Shown piece by piece: positions 8,515 through 17,212 of a stretch of DNA of 61,448 bases. The notes beneath the pieces are model-generated. The model was not told the origin of the DNA, did not search any database, and saw only the letters and a program-made list of their open reading frames with translations. Position numbers and translations under genes: made by a program. This DNA comes from a virus (lineage: Duplodnaviria > Caudoviricetes): positions 1 to 61,448 of IMG/VR virus record IMGVR_UViG_3300044454_000272; one strand, given 5' to 3'. How positions within the stretch are numbered: position 1 is the first letter of the stretch; each line of letters opens with the position of its first letter.

Positions 8515-8685
8515 TTAACTCCGGTTGTCGTCAATAACAAGGTACACAGCGTTTGGCAGCTCTTCATTTGGACCGACGACATCAACAACGGGTCCGATGT
8601 CTTCATAGTCTTCAGCAAACATGCTAATGACGGGCATGCTGCTCGGTAGCGTTTGCAGCTTGGCAATCAGTTCAGCAACAGTCAT
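8515..8685 (-). CDS. Small 'MTVxEL' family phage protein, 56 aa (absent from ORF track)
   Basis: MTVAELIAKLQTLPSSMPVISMFAEDYED..., AAGGAG RBS; first gene after leader. Confidence 0.7.
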   Translation of the reverse strand: MTVAELIAKLQTLPSSMPVISMFAEDYEDIGPVVDVVGPNEELPNAVYLVIDDNRS

Positions 8686-8702
8686 TGCTCTGCTCCTTGG
8701 TA

Positions 8703-8764
8703 GGTGCGTGAGTGCACCGGGCTGACGGGTATGTAACTACTATACGCGCCAGCCCGCTGCACTC
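8703..8764 (-). repeat. Divergent structured element E13
   Basis: ggtgc-gtgagt-gcacc alternative hairpin; long stem gagtgca/cgggctg..cagcccg/tgcactc with G-G mismatch on minus strand. Confidence 0.7.
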
Positions 8765-9583
8765 GCAGCGGTTATCAATTTTTGGTTCGGAGCATAAGCC
8801 CCGACTCCCGCTCGCACTTGCCACATACGCTTGCAACTTCGTAACGACGCTCCACAGGGAGTCCGGCATCGCTGCCGCTACTTTGCCGATGAACTGGCTA
8901 TTGCTTGTGGTACTGCGCACGCTACCGCTGTTGGTTTATCTCGAACGGGGTTAGGTGTTTCACGCCACGTGAAGGGCGTTGGCCAGTTGCTGATCTGGCC
9001 CGTGTCCCTGCTTACCCGGAGCGATGACGCTGCTTATGTGCGCGAACGCGCACGCCGGGGTCTGCGGAGAGGCAGTAGGACTGACGACGCAATACGACAA
9101 GCGTGGGATAGTGTGCGGATGGGCTCCGGTGCCTTACGTTCGCCACGTGTTTACCACACGGACTTAATACTGCGCACGAACTGGGGCACGCCGAAGCGGT
9201 ACAGCTTACAAGAGTGATGCTGGAGACATCGAGCAGCGCGTAGCGGTGAACTGCTACGCGCCGAGGACGCGTTGAAGCTTGCGCGGCGTGGATGATCCTT
9301 TGGCGTGGAGAACGCGCGTTGAGCGTTGCTTGTGCCGGGTCGACGATGCTGCTGTCGGGGCAGGCTGACTGTGCGTTGTTTGCTGCACTGTCCGCTGGTG
9401 AGCGCAATTCCCGCTTGGCACTTCCGGGCGACTACGTGAACTTGCCCTGCTGTGGGGATCGCATTCTGCCGATCGAGGTTAGTCGCTTCCGGTGCTGCTT
9501 TTTACTTCCCGGACTCCGGAGGGTGAACCCTGACGTTCTGGGCTGGTACTGCCCCTTTCCCGTCCCCTACCGTTGCTGTGCTT
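8765..9583 (-). ncRNA. Candidate long structured leader / non-coding RNA
   Basis: No ORF with credible RBS or protein-like composition; several hairpins; 9-bp long-range inverted repeat 8858-8866/9509-9517. Confidence 0.4.
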
Positions 9584-9589
9584 ACGGCT

Positions 9590-9618
9590 AATGTAGCCCA
9601 TGCAGGGGTACATGGCAA
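9590..9618 (-). promoter_or_regulatory. Sigma70-type early promoter
   Basis: Minus strand TTGCCA-17 nt-TACATT pointing into the early operon. Confidence 0.75.
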
Positions 9619-9648
9619 GCGCTTTCCGGGGCGATTTTCACCCTAAAA

Positions 9649-9661
9649 AATCAATCACTTA
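9649..9661 (+). promoter_or_regulatory. IHF consensus site upstream of early promoter
   Basis: AATCAAtcacTTA matches WATCAANNNNTTR, preceded by an A-tract. Confidence 0.6.
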
Positions 9662-9669
9662 CAGGCGAT

Positions 9670-10026
9670 TTAGGGGGCTACCCAGCGGCAGCGGGACGAA
9701 ACCCGAGCGATTTCCACTGTGCAGCGCGCGACAAGCGCTGTCAGCTGTAGCAGTGGCATAACACCCGGCGAGTCCATGTGGAGTATGTCCGCGGTATAGC
9801 AGCCGAAGGCGGTGCGGAATACGTTGTCAGTTTCCTGCTCGCTGTACAGCAGCCGCACGGCGCGCAGGACGGCACGACGCAACGGCTGCGGCGGAGCAGT
9901 GAAGGCAGCGACTACGATCACGGGCGCGAAATCTGTAGCCTGCGACGGCGAGCCATGCACGGTATAGAGCCAGCGTCCGCGCGCGGGGCTCTTAATGTAG
10001 TACCAGACTTGCGTGCTCGTATCCAC
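9670..10026 (-). CDS. Hypothetical protein, 118 aa
   Basis: ORF track; GTG start, weak RBS. Confidence 0.35.
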   Translation of the reverse strand: MDTSTQVWYYIKSPARGRWLYTVHGSPSQATDFAPVIVVAAFTAPPQPLRRAVLRAVRLLYSEQETDNVFRTAFGCYTADILHMDSPGVMPLLQLTALVARCTVEIARVSSRCRWVAP

Positions 10027-10097
10027 GATGCCAGCAACGCTAACATGGTGCGCTGCGCTGTTTCAAGGCCAAGGTTATGTGGAAGTTAAACAAATTC

Positions 10098-10133
10098 GAC
10101 AGTGGTGACGCGGGTTTTTGCGTCACCACTGTC
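10098..10133. repeat. Perfect 14-bp inverted repeat in divergent intergenic region
   Basis: gacagtggtgacgc-gggttttt-gcgtcaccactgtc. Confidence 0.85.
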
Positions 10134-10485
10134 AGCACGGCGAAGCCGAAAACGTGTTGTGTTCGCTATACGCGCGCGCGTACTAACTAAGGGCTTGTAT
10201 TGCTCCTTACAGTCGCAATACTGCGCCCATGTATAGGTCAATGCTTCGTAAAGCTTACGCTTTACTCGCTTTATTGACCTATAGATAAATGGAAAATCTT
10301 GCGCGCGCGCAGGCGCGTGTACGCGCGCGAGGGCTGCGTCGCGAGGGCTGCGTCGTCTACGCTGGGTTGATTAAGCAGCACACATCTTGCAGCGAGTTCT
10401 TGTGCAGCAAATTTTTTTGCGCTACTGTGCACACCCCCTCGCAGCAAACACGTTTCGAACAAACGATCACCACAACGGGAGCGAC

Positions 10486-11079
10486 ATGGCGATCACTAAG
10501 CGGCAAATCATGGAAGCAATACCTGGCCTTCCGCCACACGACATCGCGGACATCATTGAATGGTGCCACAGCTTCGGCCCGCGCAGCACAAAGCCTGGCG
10601 ACAATGCCGACACAGAGCAGGCGTACAACGAATTAGCTGCCTGCTTCAGTGATTACTTCCGCAAGTCATACCCGACTACCTTCCTCCGCTTCGCCCACTC
10701 CCGTCCTCGTCAGTACAAAGCGCTCATCGCCGCTGCCACGAACGCCATGCAATGCGTGAACGCGTGGTGGCCGAACGAAAGCCGTATAGTTAGGTTAGGG
10801 CTGCTGCGTTACGTGTGCCGGGTTGCGTTCGACGTAAGCACGCGGCGCACTGCACGCCTCACGTGGGCTCGTGTAATCGGGGCCCTGTTGGAAACAGAAG
10901 CGACAATCAACGACGGATTTCCGGGCTGGATCAAGGCGGGCTTGTTTCAGGAGCGCGCCTTAGCCCGCGTCAAAGGGACGGGAGAGCAAAAGCATGTTCG
11001 GGACCAATCCACTGCGGAGACAAGACCTGCAAGCCAACACGCTGCGGGTCGAAAAGGTTTTCTTCACCGTACAAGGTGA
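10486..11079 (+). CDS. Hypothetical protein, first gene of replication operon
   Basis: MAITKRQ start with GGGAG RBS. Confidence 0.7.
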   Translation: MAITKRQIMEAIPGLPPHDIADIIEWCHSFGPRSTKPGDNADTEQAYNELAACFSDYFRKSYPTTFLRFAHSRPRQYKALIAAATNAMQCVNAWWPNESRIVRLGLLRYVCRVAFDVSTRRTARLTWARVIGALLETEATINDGFPGWIKAGLFQERALARVKGTGEQKHVRDQSTAETRPASQHAAGRKGFLHRTR

Positions 11080-11746
11080 AGGACCACTAGCTGGCCTTCC
11101 TGCTGTCTTCATCCGGCTTGCCGGGTGCAACCTTGCGTGCAAGTTCTGTGACACCGAGTTCGAGAGCGGCATCGACAACGTGCGCACGGTCGACGAGGTG
11201 GTGGAAGAGGTGTTCCGCGTGCGCGACCAGGATGGCGACGGCATTACTCGCGGTGCCCCGTTGGCCGTGCTAACCGGAGGCGAGCCGCTGCGGCAAAATG
11301 TGGAGCCGTTGTGTCGTGCACTTGTGGGGTTCGGTTTCCATGTGCAGATCGAAACGGCAGGCACGCTGTGGGTGGCAGGTTTAGCAGAGTTGGTGAGCAC
11401 AGTCAGTACACTACGCCCTAGTGTGACATTAGTGGTTAGTCCCAAGACCGGGCACGTGGTAACTGCAATCGCCATCCTTGCTGCGGCGTGGAAATACGTG
11501 ATTGATGCGCGTGATTTGTACAGTGAGGTGGACGGCCTGCCGGATGTTAGCCCGCAAGCATCTGCATCGCACCAACCGCTGGCTCGTCCTCCCGCTGACG
11601 TAGCTGCCACGAATATCTACCTTAGTCCGTGCGACGCGTACGACGAACGCTTCAACGAAGCAAACCGTCGCGAAGTGTTCCGTCGAGCGCTCTACTACGG
11701 TTATCGAGTCAGTATCCAGCAGCACAAAGTTCTCGGCGTCGAATAG
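10994..11746 (+). CDS. queE: 7-carboxy-7-deazaguanine synthase (radical SAM)
   Basis: FFTVQGEG, FIRLAGCNLACKFCDT, LTGGEP, IETAG, VSPK, SIQQHKVLG. Confidence 0.93.
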   Translation: MFGTNPLRRQDLQANTLRVEKVFFTVQGEGPLAGLPAVFIRLAGCNLACKFCDTEFESGIDNVRTVDEVVEEVFRVRDQDGDGITRGAPLAVLTGGEPLRQNVEPLCRALVGFGFHVQIETAGTLWVAGLAELVSTVSTLRPSVTLVVSPKTGHVVTAIAILAAAWKYVIDARDLYSEVDGLPDVSPQASASHQPLARPPADVAATNIYLSPCDAYDERFNEANRREVFRRALYYGYRVSIQQHKVLGVE

Positions 11747-11770
11747 CAGCCGCTGACAGGAGCGGCTCCC

Positions 11771-13258
11771 GTGCCCGACTTTCGCGGTATACCGGAAGTT
11801 CTGTCTGGTTCACTGCAAGAAAACATTCTCACACTCGTAGCCACGAGTGACGAGTTCTGTAAGACAGTCACGCTTAACATTCCACTCGAGTTGTACAGCA
11901 ATCGGGTGATGCGAGACATTGCGACTCAAGCGTACAACTATGTGCACCAGTACGGAGTCGCGCCGAAGGACCACCTGTTCGACTTGCTCGAGGAGGCGGT
12001 GCAGGACGAAAAGCGCGGCGAACTCGTGCTGGAGATACTGCGCAACGTGCACTCGTTGCAGCACAGCGGGTTCAACGAAGAGTATGTGGTCAACCAGCTA
12101 TCGCACTTCGTCCGGTTGCAGCGGTTGAAGACCGCAGTTGTCTCCATGCTGGATGCCGCCGAGTCGGGCAACGTGGAAGAAGCGGACGAGGCGATCGACA
12201 AGTATCGTCAGGCCACATACGCGCAGTTTTCTCCCGGCTTGACGCTGAAAGAGTACGTCAAGACGCTAGGCAACGATACGCACGACGAGTTGGTTGCTGA
12301 TCTAGGCATCCCAGCCTTCGACCGGCATCGGCTAGGGCCGGCGCGCAAGACAATGCACACCTTCCTTGCTCCACCGAAGCGTGGCAAGACATGGTGGGGG
12401 TTGCACGTAGCCAAGCGCGGACTGTTGCAGCGGCGCAAGGTCGTTATCGTTACGCTCGAGGTGTCAGCACGGGTGATGGCGGCACGATTGCTGCAATCCT
12501 TTTTCAGCATGACGCGCAACGAGGCCAAGGATTTGTACCTGCCGGAAGTAACGCGCGACAACAAAGGCCGCGTGGAAGGGCTGGACCTCGTGGAAGCAGC
12601 GGGACGCCTCGCGCTGTCCAGTGCCGCTGGACAGGCTAAGGTGAAGCGTGCATTCGGGCAGCTGAGCAACAGCAGTGAATACCTGTCAGTGGCGGCGCGC
12701 ACGTCGCAGAACTTAGTGATTCAAGAGTTTCCTACCGGCACGCTGCACATGAAGGATCTGGAGGCGTACCTCGAGAACCTAGTTGCGTCGCTCCGCTTCA
12801 TGCCTGACATGATTGTGCTGGACTACGCGGACCTGATGCACCTTGACACACGTAACTACCGACTAAGTATCGGCATGCTAGGTAAGCAGTTGCGTGGCAT
12901 GGCAGTGGAGCGCAACTTAGCGCTGGTTACGATGTCGCAGTCGAACCGTGGATCGCTGGCGCGCCGCGTTATTACCGAAGGCGACGTGGCGGAGGACTTC
13001 TCCAAGATTGCAATTAGCGACGTGGTGATCTCCTATAACCAGATGCCGAACGAGCGGGAGATGCAGACGGCGCGGCTGTTTGTTCCCGTGGCGCGCGACG
13101 CCCGCGACAAGTTCGGTGTGGTCATAACGCAAGCATACGCACTGGGTCAGTTCTGCCTCGATTCCTTCGAGATTGACCGCAAGTCGTACGAGGCCATGCT
13201 GCCTAAAAGCACCGGGCGCGAGGAAGAAGACGACGACAACGAGCGGGGCGACGAGTAA
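11771..13258 (+). CDS. DnaB/T4 gp41-like replicative helicase
   Basis: Walker A APPKRGKT, TLE, VLDYAD, SQSNR, AEDFSK. Confidence 0.85.
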   Translation: MPDFRGIPEVLSGSLQENILTLVATSDEFCKTVTLNIPLELYSNRVMRDIATQAYNYVHQYGVAPKDHLFDLLEEAVQDEKRGELVLEILRNVHSLQHSGFNEEYVVNQLSHFVRLQRLKTAVVSMLDAAESGNVEEADEAIDKYRQATYAQFSPGLTLKEYVKTLGNDTHDELVADLGIPAFDRHRLGPARKTMHTFLAPPKRGKTWWGLHVAKRGLLQRRKVVIVTLEVSARVMAARLLQSFFSMTRNEAKDLYLPEVTRDNKGRVEGLDLVEAAGRLALSSAAGQAKVKRAFGQLSNSSEYLSVAARTSQNLVIQEFPTGTLHMKDLEAYLENLVASLRFMPDMIVLDYADLMHLDTRNYRLSIGMLGKQLRGMAVERNLALVTMSQSNRGSLARRVITEGDVAEDFSKIAISDVVISYNQMPNEREMQTARLFVPVARDARDKFGVVITQAYALGQFCLDSFEIDRKSYEAMLPKSTGREEEDDDNERGDE

Positions 13259-14823
13259 TGGGCTACCGTCCTCGATACCGGAGCGGTCCCGTTGTTTCAG
13301 CGACAGCGCTGGCGGACTACCTCAACCGTCCGCTCGAGTCGTTCGCGTGGATGAAAAAGTTGCCGCGTGCTGCGTTAGTGGAAGGCTTAGAGCACGACTG
13401 GGGCGACCCGCCGCCGTTCCACAGCCAGCTGGTCTGCTTCAACATCGCGCTCGACTATCCACAATTCTTGTACTTCTTGGATATGGGCGCAGGCAAGACA
13501 CGCATGATCCTGAACGTGGTGCGGTGGAAGAAGAAACACGACGGGGTGCGCCGCGTGCTAGTGCTGGTACCGCAGGAGTTGCACGTTCAAACGTGGGTCG
13601 ACCAAATTGAAGAGCACGCGCCAGAGCTGACGTACACGGCGCTATTGGGTAGAGGGCGGTTCAAGGCATTGGGCGGCGAAGACACCGACCTGTACTTGAT
13701 GAACTACGCTGGCCTTCAGCTGTACATGACGAACTTGGTGCAGGTAAGCAAGCGCAGCAAAAAACGCAGGCGTGAGCTAGACGAAAAGTTGGCCGCCGCC
13801 TTCGCCAAGATTTTCGACATGGCAGTGTTTGATGAGTCGCACCGTATCGGCAACCACGAAGCGTTGGTGTACCGTGAATGCCGGCGATTTACACGCCACT
13901 GCCGTTTCCTGTACGCGTTAACGGGAACGCCGTTCGGCAAGGATCCGACTAAGCTGTGGGCGCAATTCCACATCGTCGACGACGGGGAAACGTTAGGCGG
14001 CTCGCTCGGCATGTACCGTGCTGCGTTCTTTGACGTGCACGATAAGCCGTGGGCGCGAGTGTACGAGTTCGACAAGCGCATGAAGAAGGATCTGCACCGC
14101 ATGATTCAGCACCGCTCCATCCGCTACGAAGAAAAGGAGTTGCAGGACCTGCCCAAGCTGACGATGCGCAAGGTGCGGGTGGCAATGGGTTCGTCCGCGG
14201 AGGAGCAATACGCTAACGTGCTGCGGCGTATCAAGGAATCGCGCGGCGACATGGACGAAATCAAGTACTCGTTCGTGCGGATGCGTATGGTGACGTCCGG
14301 TTTCTTGTCGGTGAAAAGCGATCTCGGCGACCGGCTTACCGTGGAGTTTGAGCATAATCCAAAGCTGGACGCACTCGAGGAGTTGCTGGAGGGGTTGAGC
14401 GAAGACATGAAGGCAGTCATTTTTCACGACTACATAACAACCGGGCAAATAATCCAGCGCATGTTGGCAAAACGTAAGTGGAAATTCGCCGCGGTGAATG
14501 GGCAGGTGAAAGGTACTGCTGTGCAGCTACGCTCATTCTTGCGCGATCCGTCGTGCCGTTTTTTGGTTGCGAACAACGCAGTGGGTGCGGAGGGTGGTAA
14601 TTACCAGAAGGTTTGTCACTACGCGTTCTTTTATGAGTCGCCCACAAGTCCGATCACGCGCAAGCAGGCCATCAAGCGCATCTCCCGCACCGGGCAAGAG
14701 CACCCGACGTTCGTTTATGATTTGGTTGTGCCGAAATCTGTGGACACAGACATCCTGGAATCGATTGCCAGTGGAGAAGACTTGTTCGATGCCGTGTGCA
14801 ACGGACGCAGGAAGATGGCGTGA
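13258..14823 (+). CDS. SNF2-family SF2 helicase
   Basis: DMGAGKT, FDESH, LTGTP, NPKL, QAIKRISRTGQ. Confidence 0.9.
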   Translation: MGYRPRYRSGPVVSATALADYLNRPLESFAWMKKLPRAALVEGLEHDWGDPPPFHSQLVCFNIALDYPQFLYFLDMGAGKTRMILNVVRWKKKHDGVRRVLVLVPQELHVQTWVDQIEEHAPELTYTALLGRGRFKALGGEDTDLYLMNYAGLQLYMTNLVQVSKRSKKRRRELDEKLAAAFAKIFDMAVFDESHRIGNHEALVYRECRRFTRHCRFLYALTGTPFGKDPTKLWAQFHIVDDGETLGGSLGMYRAAFFDVHDKPWARVYEFDKRMKKDLHRMIQHRSIRYEEKELQDLPKLTMRKVRVAMGSSAEEQYANVLRRIKESRGDMDEIKYSFVRMRMVTSGFLSVKSDLGDRLTVEFEHNPKLDALEELLEGLSEDMKAVIFHDYITTGQIIQRMLAKRKWKFAAVNGQVKGTAVQLRSFLRDPSCRFLVANNAVGAEGGNYQKVCHYAFFYESPTSPITRKQAIKRISRTGQEHPTFVYDLVVPKSVDTDILESIASGEDLFDAVCNGRRKMA

Positions 14824-15143
14824 AGCAGCGCAGGGACAAGCGTCGCAATCACCGTACTGGCAAGGGCGACAAAAACTGTTCTTGCTCTGCTTACCGCCAC
14901 ACGCACCGTCTGTTTGGCGGGCGTTGCAGCTTGTTGCGGTGGGTGAAAACGTTTTTCGATCCGTACAAGAAGGAATGCCTCGAGTGCATTAACTTGGACG
15001 AAGACAGCCAGTGCCAGGTTGTGCAGCAGGTGGAGGCAGTGTGGCATTGCCCTGCGCTGCGCGATTACATTCGTTTCGAAGGGATCCAATTGTATGGTCG
15101 CGCTGCTGAACAGCGTGCAGAGTCAGAAAGGACAGCAGGATGA
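14820..15143 (+). CDS. Cys-rich hypothetical protein
   Basis: GTGA overlap with helicase stop; multiple Cys (CSCS, ECLEC, HCP). Confidence 0.55.
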   Translation: MKQRRDKRRNHRTGKGDKNCSCSAYRHTHRLFGGRCSLLRWVKTFFDPYKKECLECINLDEDSQCQVVQQVEAVWHCPALRDYIRFEGIQLYGRAAEQRAESERTAG

Positions 15144-15310
15144 CATTTTGGAAACGCTTACAATTTTTGGCGCAGATGGATAGGACATTTGTGCAGGCCG
15201 CGTGCGAGCAAATTCCGCCCACGGTGTTGTGGGACAGTGTCGCTGCTGCGTACGCCACGGTGTTGTGGGACATTGTCGCTGCTGCGTACTTCATGGGCGA
15301 TGAGCTATAG
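15140..15310 (+). CDS. Small protein, 56 aa, containing an in-frame 36-bp duplication
   Basis: ATGA overlap; MTFWKRLQF..TVLWDSVAAAYATVLWDIVAAAY. Confidence 0.45.
   Translation: MTFWKRLQFLAQMDRTFVQAACEQIPPTVLWDSVAAAYATVLWDIVAAAYFMGDEL
15219..15289. repeat. 36-bp tandem duplication (1 mismatch)
   Basis: ccacggtgttgtgggaca(g/t)tgtcgctgctgcgtac x2. Confidence 0.9.
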
Positions 15311-15311
15311 C

Positions 15312-15581
15312 ATGTTCAATTGGCGTCCCGACGCTGAGCTGTTGCCGCTGTTGTGCCCGCCAGGGTACAACCGGAACACTCACGACGTGGTGCGCAAATT
15401 CAAATATGTAGTGTCGCTGATTGTGCGCAATCCTGCGTTGCCTATGTCTCACTTCGTGACGCGGTGCGGAGTCTCGAAGTTCTTGATGGACTACTGGATA
15501 GAGAAGGATTACATCGTGGTGGGCAAAGGGGATATGAGCAAAGAGCGTTTTCGCAACGCCAACGCAGCGATGTTCAAATGA
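15312..15581 (+). CDS. Hypothetical protein, possible HTH
   Basis: MFNWRP...; LPMSHFVTRCGVSKFLMDYW resembles an HTH. Confidence 0.5.
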   Translation: MFNWRPDAELLPLLCPPGYNRNTHDVVRKFKYVVSLIVRNPALPMSHFVTRCGVSKFLMDYWIEKDYIVVGKGDMSKERFRNANAAMFK

Positions 15582-16654
15582 ATTTTTCTTGGCAGCAATT
15601 CTGCCGCACGAATCGGGTGCCCTTTGTGGAGCAGGGTCCGAACGTTGGCAAGAACAACATCGGCATCCACTGCCCGCTCTGCGGTCCCGGCGATCCGTCA
15701 GAGCATATGGTGCTGTCGTTGGACACGCGCAAGCCGTTCTGGTACTGCTGGCGCAATCCCGAGCATAAAGGGCGCCATCCGGCGCGCCTCATCGCTGCGC
15801 TGTTGTCTTGCTCCACAGTGATGGCGGAACAGATTGTAGATGCGGGTGACACCGGACGGTTGGACGAGTACGAAGCGCGCGCCGCGGCGTGGTTCGCTCG
15901 AGGACAGCAGCAGGTGCAGCAAGTGCAGGAACGGCGCCAGCCTGTGAGCTTGCCGTTGCCGCGGGAGTTTAAGGCCATCTCTTTTGATGGTGTTTATGCT
16001 AGGCGCTTTGCGCTCTACTTGCAGCAGACGCGCGGATTTGACTCGCCGTTGAAGGTCGCGCGCGCGTATAACCTGCGGTACTGTTTAGTGGGTTACTTTG
16101 CTCAGCGCCTCGTGCTGCCGGTGTACCGCAATGGAAACCTAGTCAGCTGGACAGCACGCGACGTATCGGGGCAGTCCCAGATGCGTTACAAGACGCTTTC
16201 CGATGATGCAGAAAAGGCGAGCAAGCAAGGCTACCCGCCGGCTCTGATAAACATTAAGTCGACAGTGTTCAACATCGACAAGGCAGCGCAAGGCGGAGAT
16301 ACGCTGTTTGTGCACGAGGGTCCGTTCGACGCGTTGAAAGTGGACTGGTATGGATCCGATGAAGGTGCGGTAGCGGTTGCGGTGTTCGGTATGCCGGGAG
16401 AGGAGCAAGTCGCAGCGATCGCCGCCGTAGCGTCGCGCTTCAAGCGTGTTGCTGTTGTGTTGGATTACGCGGCGTCGGGTAATGCCATGCGCTTCGTGCG
16501 AGAGTTGGAGGACCACGTACCCGGTCCGTGCGGTTGGGTGCCGTTGCCGTCCGGTGTTAAGGATCCGGGCGAGTTAACTCAAGCACAGGTTGGTGTGTTA
16601 TGTAGGGATGCACGAAAACTTCTTGACGTGCGCAAAGCGGTGCGTTTAATGTAG
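15578..16654 (+). CDS. DNA primase (Zn-finger + TOPRIM)
   Basis: CPLC..D.SEH..CWR, YLQQTRG, RLVLP, WTAR, EGPFDAL, KDPGEL. Confidence 0.88.
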   Translation: MNFSWQQFCRTNRVPFVEQGPNVGKNNIGIHCPLCGPGDPSEHMVLSLDTRKPFWYCWRNPEHKGRHPARLIAALLSCSTVMAEQIVDAGDTGRLDEYEARAAAWFARGQQQVQQVQERRQPVSLPLPREFKAISFDGVYARRFALYLQQTRGFDSPLKVARAYNLRYCLVGYFAQRLVLPVYRNGNLVSWTARDVSGQSQMRYKTLSDDAEKASKQGYPPALINIKSTVFNIDKAAQGGDTLFVHEGPFDALKVDWYGSDEGAVAVAVFGMPGEEQVAAIAAVASRFKRVAVVLDYAASGNAMRFVRELEDHVPGPCGWVPLPSGVKDPGELTQAQVGVLCRDARKLLDVRKAVRLM

Positions 16655-16735
16655 CTGTGCAATTCGCAGCAGCATAAAAAACGAAGTAACACCCACCGAG
16701 AGTTTTCCATTTTCCTTTTTGCTTGAGGGAGAGCA

Positions 16736-17212
16736 ATGCCTTCCGTTCGCCGCCGTGCGCGTCCACGTTTGGCGTTTCAGCCTACGTGGAATAAAGCCAT
16801 CCGGGGTTACGCGTACAACCTGACCCGCAGCTTTTGGCCGCAGTTGCAACCGTTCCACGAGTGGGAAGATTTAACACAGGAGTCTTACCTCGTATTCGAC
16901 ACCTGCGCACGCAGGTACAAGAACAAGGTAGACAACGGCGCGTGGTTTATGGCGCTGTTCAAGATTGCTTTGCGCAACCGGCTGCTTGACCTAGTTGCAC
17001 GCGCGCCCAAATATAGTTTGGTGGAAGATGTAGGGCTGCTTGTGGAGTTGGGCGCGCCTGACCAGCTGTGTGCGCTGTACGAAGTGCTGGAAGGTGTGCC
17101 GGCGGCGGAGAAACTAGTGCTGTGGGACCTCTGTCGCACTGTGCCGCGGCACAAGGTTTCGCGGCAAGCCGCAGCCCAGGCTCGCGCCGCCTTAGTGGGA
17201 GCGCACGCATGA
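16736..17212 (+). CDS. Short sigma-factor-like protein (ECF region 2)
   Basis: EWEDLTQESYLVF...Y...F..LF..ALRNRLLDL. Confidence 0.6.
   Translation: MPSVRRRARPRLAFQPTWNKAIRGYAYNLTRSFWPQLQPFHEWEDLTQESYLVFDTCARRYKNKVDNGAWFMALFKIALRNRLLDLVARAPKYSLVEDVGLLVELGAPDQLCALYEVLEGVPAAEKLVLWDLCRTVPRHKVSRQAAAQARAALVGAHA

Noticed and set aside
20-8518. Long plus-strand ORFs in the early region (e.g. 6868..7920, 3756..4532, 1769..2458)
   Set aside because: Antisense shadows of RBS-bearing minus-strand genes in GC-rich DNA
1350-8764. Early-region repeats as a CRISPR array
   Set aside because: The intervals are whole genes of 190-900 bp, the repeats vary with covariation, and there are no cas genes
1350-8764. 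Repeats as integron attC sites
   Set aside because: No RYYYAAC/GTTRRRY boxes and no integrase in the window; G-U pairs and UUCG loops point to RNA rather than ssDNA folding
1350-8764. Repeats as intrinsic terminators or sigma70 promoters
   Set aside because: No U-tract follows the stems on the coding strand and there are no -35/-10 hexamers within them
8672-9591. ORFs in the leader (8831..9217, 9012..9407, 9292..9591, 8672..8920)
   Set aside because: No RBS, Arg/Ser/Ala-rich random-like composition, mutually overlapping on both strands; not fully excluded
10994-13258. QueE-helicase readthrough fusion (the two ORFs are in frame across a TAG)
   Set aside because: QueE ends at its canonical QxHKxLG terminus and the helicase has its own AGGAG RBS; 1-in-3 coincidence
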